A stretch of 64,000 bases of DNA, taken from NCBI GenBank assembly GCA_034530875.2, contig JAVRCJ020000007.1:32001-96000 (forward strand). The letters are read 5' to 3'. The DNA comes from Nostoc sp. DedSLP01. Its GTDB lineage: Bacteria; Cyanobacteriota; Cyanobacteriia; Cyanobacteriales; Nostocaceae. A program made the translations under genes and the position numbers. Below, in pieces: positions 52,677 through 63,261 of this stretch. A model generated the notes under the pieces. It searched no databases, was not told the origin of the DNA, and saw nothing but the letters and a program-made list of their open reading frames with translations. Positions within the stretch are counted from its first letter, which is position 1. Each line of letters opens with the position of its first letter.

Positions 52677-53510
52677 TTAATTATCTTGATTCAAAGGTTT
52701 GCAACAATCAATCAGTTGTTGATTAGCTATTTCTTCTAGGCCGACGGAATTGAGCAAAGTTTTCCACTTTGTTAGTAAAGTCTGATTTTGCCGATCGCTC
52801 AGGCGTAATTCTACCAAACTCGCGATCGCATCGTACCAAATACCATTTTCGGCATAAAGCGCGGTCTTTTCTTGGAGTGAGGATTGTTTGAGTTGTTCTT
52901 CTAATGTTGAATTTTGATTAACTCTTTGCACCCAACCTTCTACATAATCTAGCGTTATCAGTTGTGTTTCGTCGCATTTCACCTTTACCTTAAAAAACCA
53001 GTGATACATTTTTCCCATTTGCAATGAGGTGACGCTGGCAGGTAAATTAACGCTAATAATTCCTGGTGATTTTGGTGGCGTTAGTGAAGTTCTGTATAAA
53101 GTCTGACCTTTTTTGATTGTCTCGTCTTTTAAAACAAACTCAATGTCGGCAATAGATGAGGCATTATATGGAACAAAAAAGAAAAAGTTAGGATTTTCAG
53201 AGTTTGTTAAACCCCAAACTTGAGTTATGGGAGGATCTACCAGTTGCTTACCTTGGTTAAGAGTATGCTCGTAGGTTGGTACTAAGGCTGTTAATGTTTG
53301 ATTAGTTGCTTTGCATCCACGGCTTGCAGCCCCGCCTCTAGAACCTGTTGCACTTCGGTCTGGTGGTGGCGGTGGTGGGATGAATTTGACTGAGGCAAAA
53401 TGATTATTAGCAAGATGATTATTAACTGGTAAAGCTTGCAGTTGTAGGGGATAGGATATGTTACTAGTGAATGCTATCCCCAAGACTATGATGTGTTGAA
53501 TAGTTTTCAT
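52677..53510 (-). CDS. DUF928 domain protein with signal peptide
   Basis: FIPPPPPP...GGAASRGC, LTALVP, FFFFVPY, YAENGIWYDA. Confidence 0.88.
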   Translation of the reverse strand: MKTIQHIIVLGIAFTSNISYPLQLQALPVNNHLANNHFASVKFIPPPPPPDRSATGSRGGAASRGCKATNQTLTALVPTYEHTLNQGKQLVDPPITQVWGLTNSENPNFFFFVPYNASSIADIEFVLKDETIKKGQTLYRTSLTPPKSPGIISVNLPASVTSLQMGKMYHWFFKVKVKCDETQLITLDYVEGWVQRVNQNSTLEEQLKQSSLQEKTALYAENGIWYDAIASLVELRLSDRQNQTLLTKWKTLLNSVGLEEIANQQLIDCCKPLNQDN

Positions 53511-53628
53511 AGTTTGTAATCTAGGAAAATGATATTAATTAAGAATCAATGGGTTTTATATCTTTATCCTACGGCAATCCTAAGAGCATAAATATGTAGC
53601 TAAATTTTTTGTAATCGGGGTAAGAATT

Positions 53629-56001
53629 TTAATTTTGATTAGGAATTGTTTGTGCTGGTTGAATATGCTTGATGACCGCTACTAAGATGAGAGTAGTAGT
53701 ACCATACGCGATCGCTGCTGGTACTAAAGGAACCCAACAACTGTATAGTATTAATAATATCAGGCAAAAGCCGTACAAACTCAGGAATACTACCCCAACT
53801 GCCAAGCTTAAGTAAATTAGCGGCCGCAGATAAATTGCTAGCAAGCCTCCTACAATAGCCCAACCCCATATCCAAATTACTTCACCCCATATCTGCCAAG
53901 TCGATAACAAAGGTCGGCTATCCAAAGCCGCACTCACTAATTGACTGACCATCTGTGCTTGTAAAAATACTCCTGCTATTTCCTGTGGTTGTCCTTGGGA
54001 CGAGGCGTAGGGAGTTAATGAATAATCGCGAAAGCTTTCGGCTGTTGTGCCAATGATAACTATCCGGTCTTTCACCGCATCGACTTGCAGTTTACCTGTT
54101 AGTGCTTCTTGTAAGGTGATGCGGGGAGCGATCGCTTCTAAGTCAGAAAAGGAGCGATAATTGAGTAGAATTTGGTGTCCCAAAGCATCAACACCTTGGT
54201 AGCCTCCAGTGTGGGCTTCGATGGGTTTAAAAGTGAGCTTTCCTAGTTGCCATGCCCCATCAGAAGTGAATTTTAACTCAATTCCCTGAGGGTATAAATA
54301 GCGTAGTGCCAATTCTACATTTAAGGCATAACGTGCAGTACAGGGAGATGAAGGAGGGGGAGTTAAAGCCAACAGATGACGGCGTGCTACATTATCGGCA
54401 TCAATGGCGATATCGCTGAAGCCGAGACGGTTGGCAGCAACCTCTGGTGGTGGTTTAATGCCTGATTTGCTATTTTGCGGCTCGCTAACTTTACATACTG
54501 CCACAAAGCGATCGCTTTTTTTCAATCGCGCTGCCAAGTCTGGATAAGTTGGCTGTACGGCATAATCTCGGTATATATCCAAACCAATTACTTTTGGTTG
54601 ATATGCCTCTAATTTTGCCAACAACTTACCTAAAGCCTCATCTGATAGCGACCCCCGCCTATTATCAGATTGGGCTTGTACATCTGCTTCAGTGACAGTA
54701 ATTACCAGTATGCGCGAATCTGGCTTTTCCTGGGGACGCAGACGCAGCAGTTGGTCGAATGCCATCAATTCCCACGATTGCAGTAAACCAAAATATCGTA
54801 CTCCCATTAATAGTAGTGCGATCGCTATGCTGGTAAACATCACCGCAGACAAAGCTTGTCGTCGGTTGATACTTCCCCTAGATGAGATTTGCGGTACAGA
54901 AGTTATTAACTGACTATTTTGGTTGACATGCAATTCTCGCCATAATAGAGGCATCACTGCTGGATTTTGATAAATTACAGGCAACCAAGTAGCGCAGGGA
55001 AATTGACTTTCTAATCCTTGCAACCGTTCCCGCGCCTCTCTAACTGCTAAGTATAAAGATTCACCACGGGCAAAAGCTTCTAAAAAATACTTCAGAAATT
55101 GTTGCGCCACCCTATCAGGAACCGGTTCTCGCATGACGATGATTTCGGGTATGTGTAAATCTGCAAACTCCCGCGCCAAACCCAAACCATCGCAAGAGTT
55201 AAAAATCGCCAGATGTAAACCCCGTTCCACAGCCTTCCGCAAAGCGTACTTTGACTGAGCAATTGTCAAACTCTCTGTTTGATTAATATAAATTTTTCCT
55301 GTATCATCGCTTTTATCGGTAGTACTATGTCCAGCAAAAAACAAAATTTGCCAATCTTGCTCCCATAATTGATCGGTCAAATCTTTACTTGATGGCTCAA
55401 CCAAGAAGGTAATATTTGCATAAGGTAACTCTTTGAGTAGCTGACTATCAGCTTGAATATCAATTCCCTGACTATCACCCAAAATAGCTAAAACTTTCAC
55501 CTGGGGTTTAGGTGGTGAGTTGCGATGAACTTGTTCGTAACTAGGCGCACTCAGAGCAATTTCAGCTTTTGGATAGCGTTCTAACAAATCCCACAAATGC
55601 CAAGGAAGTTTTTGCAATCTCAGGTCATGAGTTTGTAATAAGACGCGAATATAGTCTTCTGGTAAAAGTTTTTCCAGCCATTTTTCGCGGATGGGGCGAA
55701 AAGTTTGGGAAGATAACCACGTATTTAAATGAACTCTTAAAGTATCAGCAGCTTGTTGGCAATCTTCTAAAGAATGAGTTTGTTTTAATTGCTTCGGAAT
55801 ACCGATAGGACGGGTAGTAAATTTGAGTTGAGAGTAAATAGACTGCCAATGATGGTAACAAAGGGGAATGTCAGAGTTTGGTGGTAATTCGCCAGTAATT
55901 TCTACATTGGCACGAGCATTTTCATCACCAATTTGTAGAGTTATCGGAAACCCCGCCTCAAAACTTCCTGCGCCTAACTTTAAAATTACTAACTTGTTCA
56001 A
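53629..56001 (-). CDS. CHAT-like protease-TM-CHASE2-3TM membrane protein
   Basis: LQKLPWHLW, FFAGHS, IFNSCDG, then a TM helix, CHASE2 (VIGLDIYRD, IVIIGTTA) and three terminal TM helices. TTG start. Confidence 0.88.
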   Translation of the reverse strand: MNKLVILKLGAGSFEAGFPITLQIGDENARANVEITGELPPNSDIPLCYHHWQSIYSQLKFTTRPIGIPKQLKQTHSLEDCQQAADTLRVHLNTWLSSQTFRPIREKWLEKLLPEDYIRVLLQTHDLRLQKLPWHLWDLLERYPKAEIALSAPSYEQVHRNSPPKPQVKVLAILGDSQGIDIQADSQLLKELPYANITFLVEPSSKDLTDQLWEQDWQILFFAGHSTTDKSDDTGKIYINQTESLTIAQSKYALRKAVERGLHLAIFNSCDGLGLAREFADLHIPEIIVMREPVPDRVAQQFLKYFLEAFARGESLYLAVREARERLQGLESQFPCATWLPVIYQNPAVMPLLWRELHVNQNSQLITSVPQISSRGSINRRQALSAVMFTSIAIALLLMGVRYFGLLQSWELMAFDQLLRLRPQEKPDSRILVITVTEADVQAQSDNRRGSLSDEALGKLLAKLEAYQPKVIGLDIYRDYAVQPTYPDLAARLKKSDRFVAVCKVSEPQNSKSGIKPPPEVAANRLGFSDIAIDADNVARRHLLALTPPPSSPCTARYALNVELALRYLYPQGIELKFTSDGAWQLGKLTFKPIEAHTGGYQGVDALGHQILLNYRSFSDLEAIAPRITLQEALTGKLQVDAVKDRIVIIGTTAESFRDYSLTPYASSQGQPQEIAGVFLQAQMVSQLVSAALDSRPLLSTWQIWGEVIWIWGWAIVGGLLAIYLRPLIYLSLAVGVVFLSLYGFCLILLILYSCWVPLVPAAIAYGTTTLILVAVIKHIQPAQTIPNQN

Positions 56002-56151
56002 CGTCAGTACTCCGGATATGGCGATGCGATATCAATTCGTAATTCGTAATTCGTAATGAGCTTTGTTTAACTGTGCTAATAAAATAAAAAAATCATAGGT
56101 GAGTCTAAAATTATCAAAAACAATCGGGTGTAAAACCGTACTTCGTCCAAA

Positions 56152-56570
56152 GTTTTTGTAACGAGTATTTATAGCTCGTTACAAAAACGGCCTCCTGCCT
56201 TCGTTAAAAATTACTGGGCAGATTGAGAACTTTCATGAATTACATTACTATTTTCAGGAGTATTTATGGTATCTAATGTTATCCATCGTGCCGTGGATAC
56301 TTCATTTTACAATGGTTCCATTGGGTGCAGGCAATTCCTCCTCTTCCTGTGACCGAAGAAAGGCAGAGGGCAGAGGGCAGGAGGCTCAGTTGTAAAAAGA
56401 AAACAACCTCTGCCATCAGGGATAAAAGCACCATTATTTATTTATGAACAAAGAGAAAACATATATTTCGAGACGCGTAGTGCGAGAAATACTATGTCAA
56501 AAGTTAAATCCCCTAAATTTATTTATGGAGATTCCTTCTGCCCTCTGCCTCCTGCCTCCTGCCTTCTTAA
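56152..56570. repeat. Cluster of STRR-like heptamers and inverted repeats in the divergent intergenic region
   Basis: 14-bp IR gtttttgtaacgag / ctcgttacaaaaac and ggcagag / ctgcctc runs. The ...ctgccttcgttaa end is shared with 22450-22476 and 26087-26140. Confidence 0.65.
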
Positions 56571-56753
56571 GGTGACTTCTCCTCCCTCACGAAATTAGTA
56601 AATCTTCTTTCTGGTTATTAGTACGATCGCTTTTTGTCTTTATACACCCGTTAGGCAAATTTTTTGGCAAAAATCTGAAAAATCCGGGAGCCTTGCGTAA
56701 TACAATTAGCTAAAGATTCGTAAACTTTAAATTTTCTTTACTCACAAATTTAC

Positions 56754-57926
56754 ATGCAACCCCGGCAGGGCATTATTGACATCTTCTCGACCTTTGTGCA
56801 GTTTGATGCAGATAGGTTTAGCGTTTGGGTAACAGATAGCAAGCTACAGCGAAGTATCAAAAAATGCTTAGAACAATATCCACAACAAAAATCTGAAAAT
56901 TTCTGGTTGCTTTACTGGTACAAAATCTGGCAAATTGAATCCAGCCCTTTAGTGGTGGGGCATATTTCTGCTTATTTGCAAGAGGTTTGCTATTGGGTAG
57001 CGAGAAAAATAGCTCTGAATTTTAGCAATCAATATAATGTCGAAGATTGTTTTCAGATTGCTATGTCTTGCATTTATAAAATTCTTAAAAGTTTTAATCC
57101 CGAATACAGTACAAATTTAAAAAGCTATGCTCAATATGCTTTTGAACGGTTTCTTAAGGACTCTCTGCGTCTAGGAAAAGAAGCGGATATCTGTACTGAC
57201 TGGGCTTTATTGCATAAAGTTAGTCGCAAGCGGTTGGTAAATTCCTTAGAAAATGCAGGTTTTAACAGCCAAAAAATTGATAGTTACGTCTTAGCTTGGG
57301 AATGTTTTAAGGAAATCTACACTAGCGATCGCCAAACAATCCGTCAGTTGGCTAAACCGGATAATACTACATGGCAGCAAATTACTCAACTGTACAATAG
57401 ACAAAGCTTGAGTCAAGGGACTCCAGAAAAGTTGGAAGCATGGCTGAGTAGCTGTGCTAAAGCTGTGCGTGATTTTCTTTATCCCAAGTTTGTCTCTGTG
57501 GATGTTCGTATTGATGGAGAAGGCTCGCCTAATTTATTAGATACATTATCCGCAGATTTGCCGCCATCTTTACTCACAGAAATTATTGAGCGAGAAGAAG
57601 CTACAAGTAGAGAAACGCAACAAGCACAAATAAATCAAGTTATCATCAATGCTTTAACAGCTTTAGATCTTCAATCTCAAAAATTACTCCAAGCTTATTA
57701 TCAGCAACGACTGACTCAACAACAAATCGCCCAACAGCTAGAAATGAAGCAATATACAGTTTCTCGCCGCCTATCTAGCATCAAACGTTCTTTACTTCAG
57801 ATTTTAGCGGAGTGGAGTCTGAATTCCTTGCATATTTCCCCGGATTGTGTCGTATTACAGGGTATGAATCAAATTTTAGAAGAATGGCTCGAGCATTACT
57901 ATGATTCTATTAATCAAAATCCTTAA
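56754..57926 (+). CDS. Atypical sigma-70 family factor (cyanobacterial)
   Basis: Region 2-like HISAYLQEVCYWVA...FNPEYSTNLKSYA and region 4 HTH LTQQQIAQQLEMKQYTVSRRL. Confidence 0.82.
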   Translation: MQPRQGIIDIFSTFVQFDADRFSVWVTDSKLQRSIKKCLEQYPQQKSENFWLLYWYKIWQIESSPLVVGHISAYLQEVCYWVARKIALNFSNQYNVEDCFQIAMSCIYKILKSFNPEYSTNLKSYAQYAFERFLKDSLRLGKEADICTDWALLHKVSRKRLVNSLENAGFNSQKIDSYVLAWECFKEIYTSDRQTIRQLAKPDNTTWQQITQLYNRQSLSQGTPEKLEAWLSSCAKAVRDFLYPKFVSVDVRIDGEGSPNLLDTLSADLPPSLLTEIIEREEATSRETQQAQINQVIINALTALDLQSQKLLQAYYQQRLTQQQIAQQLEMKQYTVSRRLSSIKRSLLQILAEWSLNSLHISPDCVVLQGMNQILEEWLEHYYDSINQNP

Positions 57927-57944
57927 ACTCAAGGTATCCTGATT

Positions 57945-59102
57945 ATGTTTAATATCTCTGCCGATTTAGTTCTCGATCGCAATTTGTTGCTAGAAATTGT
58001 TCAGACATCGCCATATTTAGAACAGAGTTACTCTACAAACGGCGGTCGTCAACGCGCTTGGGTGAATCAAGCTTGTGTAGAAACATTTTTGGCTTGGTTA
58101 AAAGCAGAGATTACGCCCAATGCTAGGGTATTTCCTAACACGGCAATATTACCTAGTTTTTGGGAATTTGTGAATGGTACAACTATTAATTTTGATGATG
58201 CTCGTTTGGTATTGATTCCCACTTTAGCAATCGATGTGGATGAATTACGCATCCCTCAAGAATGGGTGGATATTCCTGAATGGGTAGCTGACTATTATTT
58301 GGCTGTGCAATTCAATCCAGATGAAGGCTGGATGAGAGTTTTTGGTTACACAACTCATCAACAAGTGAAAACTTTGGGCGTTTATGATGCAGGCGATCGC
58401 ACTTACAGTTTAGAATTTGAAGATCTCATCCCAGACTTGAATGTACTTTGGGTAAATCGCCAATTTCATACTGAAGAAACCAGACGCGTACCAGTTGAGC
58501 CTCTACCACCATTACCCCAAACCCAAGCTAACAATTTACTCGCAAGATTGAGTAATGCAGATATCAAATTTCCCCGCTTAGAAGTTCCCTTTTCGCTTTG
58601 GGCATCGTTAATAGTTCATGGCGGTTGGCGACAACGTTTGTATGAATTGCGCCAAGGAATTGCCCAACCAGCATCAATAGGGCAATGGCTGCAAGAAGGC
58701 GTATCAAATTTTGCCCAACAACTTGGCTGGCAGTTACAGCAGTTTACAGCCTTGCCTTCAGGAATGAGGAGCCGAGAAACATCTGTGTCTGTTTTAGGGT
58801 TATCTCGACAAATAATAGTAGCTGAAAATACTTATGAATTACGGATTTTTCCTCAAGGCAACCCAGAAGAACAGATTTGGCGCTGGGAATTACGCAGTGC
58901 AAATCGAGAAAATATGATTCCTGCGGGGTTTCAACTCAGACTGCTTACGGAAGATTTACAAACGTTTCCTAACAATGAAGATATAGCGACAACACCTGTA
59001 GAAGAACTGTATGTGGAGGTGATGTTGGAACCTGGTGAAGGGTTGGTTTGGGAAGTCATACCTTGTCCGGTAGAATACGAGTGGGAAATTTTACGTTTTT
59101 AG
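57945..59102 (+). CDS. DUF1822 family protein
   Basis: RIPQEWVDIPEWVADYYLAVQ...VFGYTTH; LRLLTEDLQ. Confidence 0.85.
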   Translation: MFNISADLVLDRNLLLEIVQTSPYLEQSYSTNGGRQRAWVNQACVETFLAWLKAEITPNARVFPNTAILPSFWEFVNGTTINFDDARLVLIPTLAIDVDELRIPQEWVDIPEWVADYYLAVQFNPDEGWMRVFGYTTHQQVKTLGVYDAGDRTYSLEFEDLIPDLNVLWVNRQFHTEETRRVPVEPLPPLPQTQANNLLARLSNADIKFPRLEVPFSLWASLIVHGGWRQRLYELRQGIAQPASIGQWLQEGVSNFAQQLGWQLQQFTALPSGMRSRETSVSVLGLSRQIIVAENTYELRIFPQGNPEEQIWRWELRSANRENMIPAGFQLRLLTEDLQTFPNNEDIATTPVEELYVEVMLEPGEGLVWEVIPCPVEYEWEILRF

Positions 59103-59453
59103 TTGTCAGAGGTTGTTTGAAAAGTGTCTTATCTTAATAGCCTTAAAAGCCTAGCTAAATATTAGGTTTCAAGCACAACTATTTATCTCTGAGAAAATAA
59201 AATATTTCAGTTTCAATGCGTCGTTAGATAAATAGCCTGAATTGAATTTTGGACATTTTCCTGTTCCCTGTTCCCCGTCCCTTGTTCGCTTTTCATAACA
59301 GTAACCATACCTAATTAACTAATAGGATGAGAAAAGATTTCAGTATTTCAACTGATTTCATGAGTAGAGAGCAAGGATACAAATTGTAGGGTAATCAAGC
59401 CCTATCAGTGGGAACAAGATTCCCGCTTTTGTACTCTTAGTGGGACTTAACTT

Positions 59454-59564
59454 ATGAAAGTTACAATGACATCGATTAAAACACCACATGTAGTTATCGG
59501 CATCCTCATGGTCGTGAATTATGCACTTTTTACCCTAGTACTCAACTATTTGGATAATATTTAG
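59454..59564 (+). CDS. Possible 36-aa single-TM peptide
   Basis: MKVTMTSIKTPHVVIGILMVVNYALFTLVLNYLDNI; below the ORF-track cutoff. Confidence 0.3.
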   Translation: MKVTMTSIKTPHVVIGILMVVNYALFTLVLNYLDNI

Positions 59565-59898
59565 TTTCCGATCTGGTAGTTGATAATTTAGTTAAATTCT
59601 TGGTTGGCTGTAGTTAGTAATTTGCTTAGTATTATCGTGCGATCGCTTGTACGTTCAGAGAAAATGGGGAACAGATAACAGGCAATAATTCGATCCCCAT
59701 AATTAGAGAATGAGGATTTGTTTTTATAGCAATCCTATTTGATTTTTTGAAAATTTACCCTATCTAGATCCCCGACTTCTGCCAAGAAATCGGGGATCTA
59801 ACTTTTCACGAATGATTTACGATCGCTATAGTTACTCAACCCTAAAAATCAAATTTTTCCTCCCCTGCCCCTCTGCCCCTCTGCCTCCCCTGCCCCTT

Positions 59899-60918
59899 AT
59901 GTCCCCGGTATCGCTCCCCCCACCACTCGACAAAAACTTACCTCTGACTGCTCTTGCACCCATGCAAGACGTAACAAACCTCTGGTTTATGAAAGTCATT
60001 GCCCAATATGGCAGTCCTGACTACTTCTTCACCGAGTATTTCCGTGTAAATGATACCTCACGGCTCAACCGTAATATTCTGGCATCAATCGTCGAAAACG
60101 ATACAGGTCGCCCCGTTTTTGCTCAGATGATTGGCGAAAGCATTCCAGACTTAGTAAGAACAGCCAAGGAACTATGCAACTATAATATCGCTGGAGTTGA
60201 CTTGAACATGGGCTGTCCAGCACCTAGAATTTATCGCAAAAATGTTGGGGGTGGATTGCTGCTTTCGCCAGAAAAAGTCGATCGCATTTTGGGAGAACTG
60301 CGGCAAGCAGTTAGCGATCGCCCTTTTACCGTGAAAATGCGTATTGGCTTTGAAAATACAGATACCTTTTATGAAATTTTAGATTTGGTCAATCGCCACA
60401 GCATTGATTTACTGAGTTTGCATGGTCGCACGGTGAAAGATATGTACCACGGGGTAGTGAGATACGATCTAATCGCCCAAGCAGTCAAACGAGTTGATTG
60501 TCCGGTGCTTGCTAATGGCAACATCCACTCGGCTGCAACTGCTCTAGAAGTGCTTTCGCAAACAGGCGCGGCGGGTGTAATGGTGGGACGCTGGGCAATT
60601 GGGAATCCTTGGGTTTTTAATCAAATTCGGCAAGCTTTGCGAAAAGAACCGATCGCACCCGTTCCTTTAGCAGAAGTACGCAACTATATCGATCGCTTAT
60701 GGCAAACTCCCACAGGGGCAACCATGCCAGAGCGATCGCGTATAGGTTACCTAAAAATGTTCCTCAACTACATTGCCCTGAGTGTTGACCCTGAAGGTCA
60801 TTTCCTGCGGCTGATGCGACAGACGCAGACCGAACTAGAACTGTTTAACCTGTGCGATCGCTTTCTCCTTGGCGATGCGACCAAAACCTTAGCCCTAGCA
60901 CCCTACTCAGGCGTTTAA
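59899..60918 (+). CDS. tRNA-dihydrouridine synthase family protein
   Basis: ALAPMQDVT, DLNMGCP, VKMRIG, LHGRT, ANGNI, GVMVGR. Confidence 0.92.
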   Translation: MSPVSLPPPLDKNLPLTALAPMQDVTNLWFMKVIAQYGSPDYFFTEYFRVNDTSRLNRNILASIVENDTGRPVFAQMIGESIPDLVRTAKELCNYNIAGVDLNMGCPAPRIYRKNVGGGLLLSPEKVDRILGELRQAVSDRPFTVKMRIGFENTDTFYEILDLVNRHSIDLLSLHGRTVKDMYHGVVRYDLIAQAVKRVDCPVLANGNIHSAATALEVLSQTGAAGVMVGRWAIGNPWVFNQIRQALRKEPIAPVPLAEVRNYIDRLWQTPTGATMPERSRIGYLKMFLNYIALSVDPEGHFLRLMRQTQTELELFNLCDRFLLGDATKTLALAPYSGV

Positions 60919-61080
60919 ATTTGCAGGGTAATCTCAATTTGACAAATCATTTAAGACTGGTATATAGGACTCATATTTGATTTGGTGAAAAAAAATCAGT
61001 ACACCCAAACAAGGCTTCTTTCCCACTCCCTACTCCCCATTCCCTACTCCCTGTCTACGCAAATAATTTCATGAATCAAG

Positions 61081-62148
61081 TCAGATTCCTATAGACGTTG
61101 GTAGTTTGGAAATAGTTAACTGTAATGTTTGCATTTGAGGAAAATCGCGCTGAATAATTTCCATCGCTTTTGTTTGACTGTCTTGATTTTTAACAATTAG
61201 TTGTGCAGTGCCATCGCCTTGAGAACCTACGCCTTTGCCTCCGAAGATATAAGGCTGAAGCGGCTCGTGACCCAGAAGGAGATGCAGCTTTTTCGCAGTC
61301 AATTCAGAAGGACAAGCCGGAATTACGTAGCGATCGAATTCAGCTTGGGCTTTTGTCATTAAAGCTCCCAGAAGTTCGGCATTTCCTTGTTGTATTGCTT
61401 CAACTGCGGCCAAAGTAATTTTAGGGCTAATAGAACCGAAATATTTTTGCACATTTTGTTGAATTTGATTAGTAGCGAAAGGATAACATTGATTTAATTG
61501 TTTTAGTATTTCTTGTGTATTTTTGCTACCGCCGAGATCGACAATGACAAAAAATAAATCTTCGCTAACTTTTAACTCGTAGTGGTCGATTTTTTCGCCA
61601 TCAAATATCATCAAAGTTGGGCGATTTCCATAAGCACAACCCTGATCCATCCGACCGCAAAGGCTAGGAGTGGTTCTTTCTCCTAAATAGGCAAACTCCA
61701 TTTCTTCACGAATGGTCATCTTCAAATCATACAGATGATTAAAAGCTCGAGCAATGAGAACGCAAAACGCCGCACTCGAAGATAATCCTTTTTGAATGGG
61801 CAAGTCGGTGAGATAATTATCAACCTCAAGTCCGCCCACACCATAGCGAGTCAGAAATTGATAAGCGGTACCAGCAGCATAACTAAAAAAACCGCCCTTT
61901 TTAGCTACGGACTTGAGAGTATTAGATTCCATCTGTAATCTGAAGGGTTCATAACGCGTACCATCATTAAGAGAAGCATGAATGATTAATTCCTGAAAAT
62001 TATGTTTAACATCAGCATAAATTCCTTGATTAGTACCAACAATTAAGGTGTAACCCTTTTCGATTTCAGGATTAATTCTGCGATATTCTCCTGCCCAATC
62101 GGTGTGTTCTCCGAACAAACAAAGACGCCCTGGAACAAAAATTCTCAT
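61081..62148 (-). CDS. GHMP kinase (galactokinase-like)
   Basis: PGRLCLFGEHTD, LPIQKGLSSSAA, CGRMDQ, GVGSQGDG. Confidence 0.9.
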   Translation of the reverse strand: MRIFVPGRLCLFGEHTDWAGEYRRINPEIEKGYTLIVGTNQGIYADVKHNFQELIIHASLNDGTRYEPFRLQMESNTLKSVAKKGGFFSYAAGTAYQFLTRYGVGGLEVDNYLTDLPIQKGLSSSAAFCVLIARAFNHLYDLKMTIREEMEFAYLGERTTPSLCGRMDQGCAYGNRPTLMIFDGEKIDHYELKVSEDLFFVIVDLGGSKNTQEILKQLNQCYPFATNQIQQNVQKYFGSISPKITLAAVEAIQQGNAELLGALMTKAQAEFDRYVIPACPSELTAKKLHLLLGHEPLQPYIFGGKGVGSQGDGTAQLIVKNQDSQTKAMEIIQRDFPQMQTLQLTISKLPTSIGI

Positions 62149-62284
62149 TTCAAGTTTCCTGTTATTAATCGGGATATATGCTATCCTGATTAACTTCAAC
62201 GAACAAGCGATCGCGAGATTGATTCTAGATTCTTAAAAACATCCTCTAAAATTTGGATAGATCGATAGTACTTAATCTTTTGTA

Positions 62285-63082
62285 ATGAATCCCTACACTA
62301 TCCTTAATCAGACCGAACTTCAGCGCGTTAGTGATGGCACAACCCGACCCCTACTAGAAAATTGCGAGGCTGCCTCATATATCCTTATTTTAGTCTGGCC
62401 GCAACTTGGGGATTTTGATAGTCTTGAATATGCGTGGTGGTTACAGCGCGAAGCTAAAAAATTGCCTCCTGAAAAATTCGCTATTCGTGCAGTGGGAATT
62501 GGCGATCGCGCCTCTGGAACAAAATTCTGTGACTATACAGGATTTCCACCTGAAAATTTATTTGTCGAACCTAATGCAAAACTACATCAGCAACTTAACC
62601 TTTATTCAGGTCTAAATCTTTCTCTCCCTGGACTTTCTCAGCCCCAGAAAGCTTGGCTAAATCTGCTGTTAATGTGTGCGGGGTTTGGAAGTCCTGGAAC
62701 GTTAAAAGAAGTTTTTCGAGGATACAAGGGAGATCGTCAAGCTCCTCAACTCATTGGAAATGATGAAATTATTCAAGGTACTCCTCTACCTGCTTTTAAA
62801 GGTTCATTTTTCCAATTAGCTGGCGGAAGTGGGTTTCAACGTCCCTTTGAATTAGCTACTCTACGGCTGCGGAATATGGCGGAAGTTCTGAGAAATTGGC
62901 GTACTTACGTGCCTAATTCTGCTTACTTAACAATGCGTGGTGGAACTTTTCTGTTTGATTCCAAAGGGCAGTTACTTTACGAACATCGAGACCGAGGAAT
63001 TCTCGGCTTTGCTGCTAATATGAGTCAGCCTCTATCATTTTTATCCTCCCTCGAAACAGATACCTTCACCTCAACTTGCTAA
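62285..63082 (+). CDS. Peroxiredoxin-like (AhpC/TSA-2, thioredoxin fold) protein
   Basis: WPQLGDFDSLEYA, QRPFELATLRLRNM, RGGTFLF. Confidence 0.8.
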   Translation: MNPYTILNQTELQRVSDGTTRPLLENCEAASYILILVWPQLGDFDSLEYAWWLQREAKKLPPEKFAIRAVGIGDRASGTKFCDYTGFPPENLFVEPNAKLHQQLNLYSGLNLSLPGLSQPQKAWLNLLLMCAGFGSPGTLKEVFRGYKGDRQAPQLIGNDEIIQGTPLPAFKGSFFQLAGGSGFQRPFELATLRLRNMAEVLRNWRTYVPNSAYLTMRGGTFLFDSKGQLLYEHRDRGILGFAANMSQPLSFLSSLETDTFTSTC

Positions 63083-63261
63083 TTCCCGAGAGACGTTGCA
63101 ATGCAACGTCTCTACATGTATATTCATACGGCAATTCAGCAACAGCCGATATACAATACCCTATAAATACAGATTCTAAAGGCAAAATCCCGAACATGCG
63201 ATCGCAATCTTTAATTTCTGTACTGATTCAGTTGTTTCTAAAAATTGTGGTTTAGTAATAA

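Larger units (their letters stand above)
1901..63205. repeat. HIP1 octamer GCGATCGC dispersed through the window
   Basis: Many copies, e.g. 1901, 2389, 4267, 12608, 17609, 59639. None seen in the first 1.9 kb. Confidence 0.95.

Noticed and set aside
52465..52680. 71-aa ORF
   Set aside because: It is a translation of heptamer repeats between convergent genes.
59812..59898. N-terminal extension of the Dus protein
   Set aside because: It derives from a miniature element and ccctgcc repeats; ATG 59899 is preferred.
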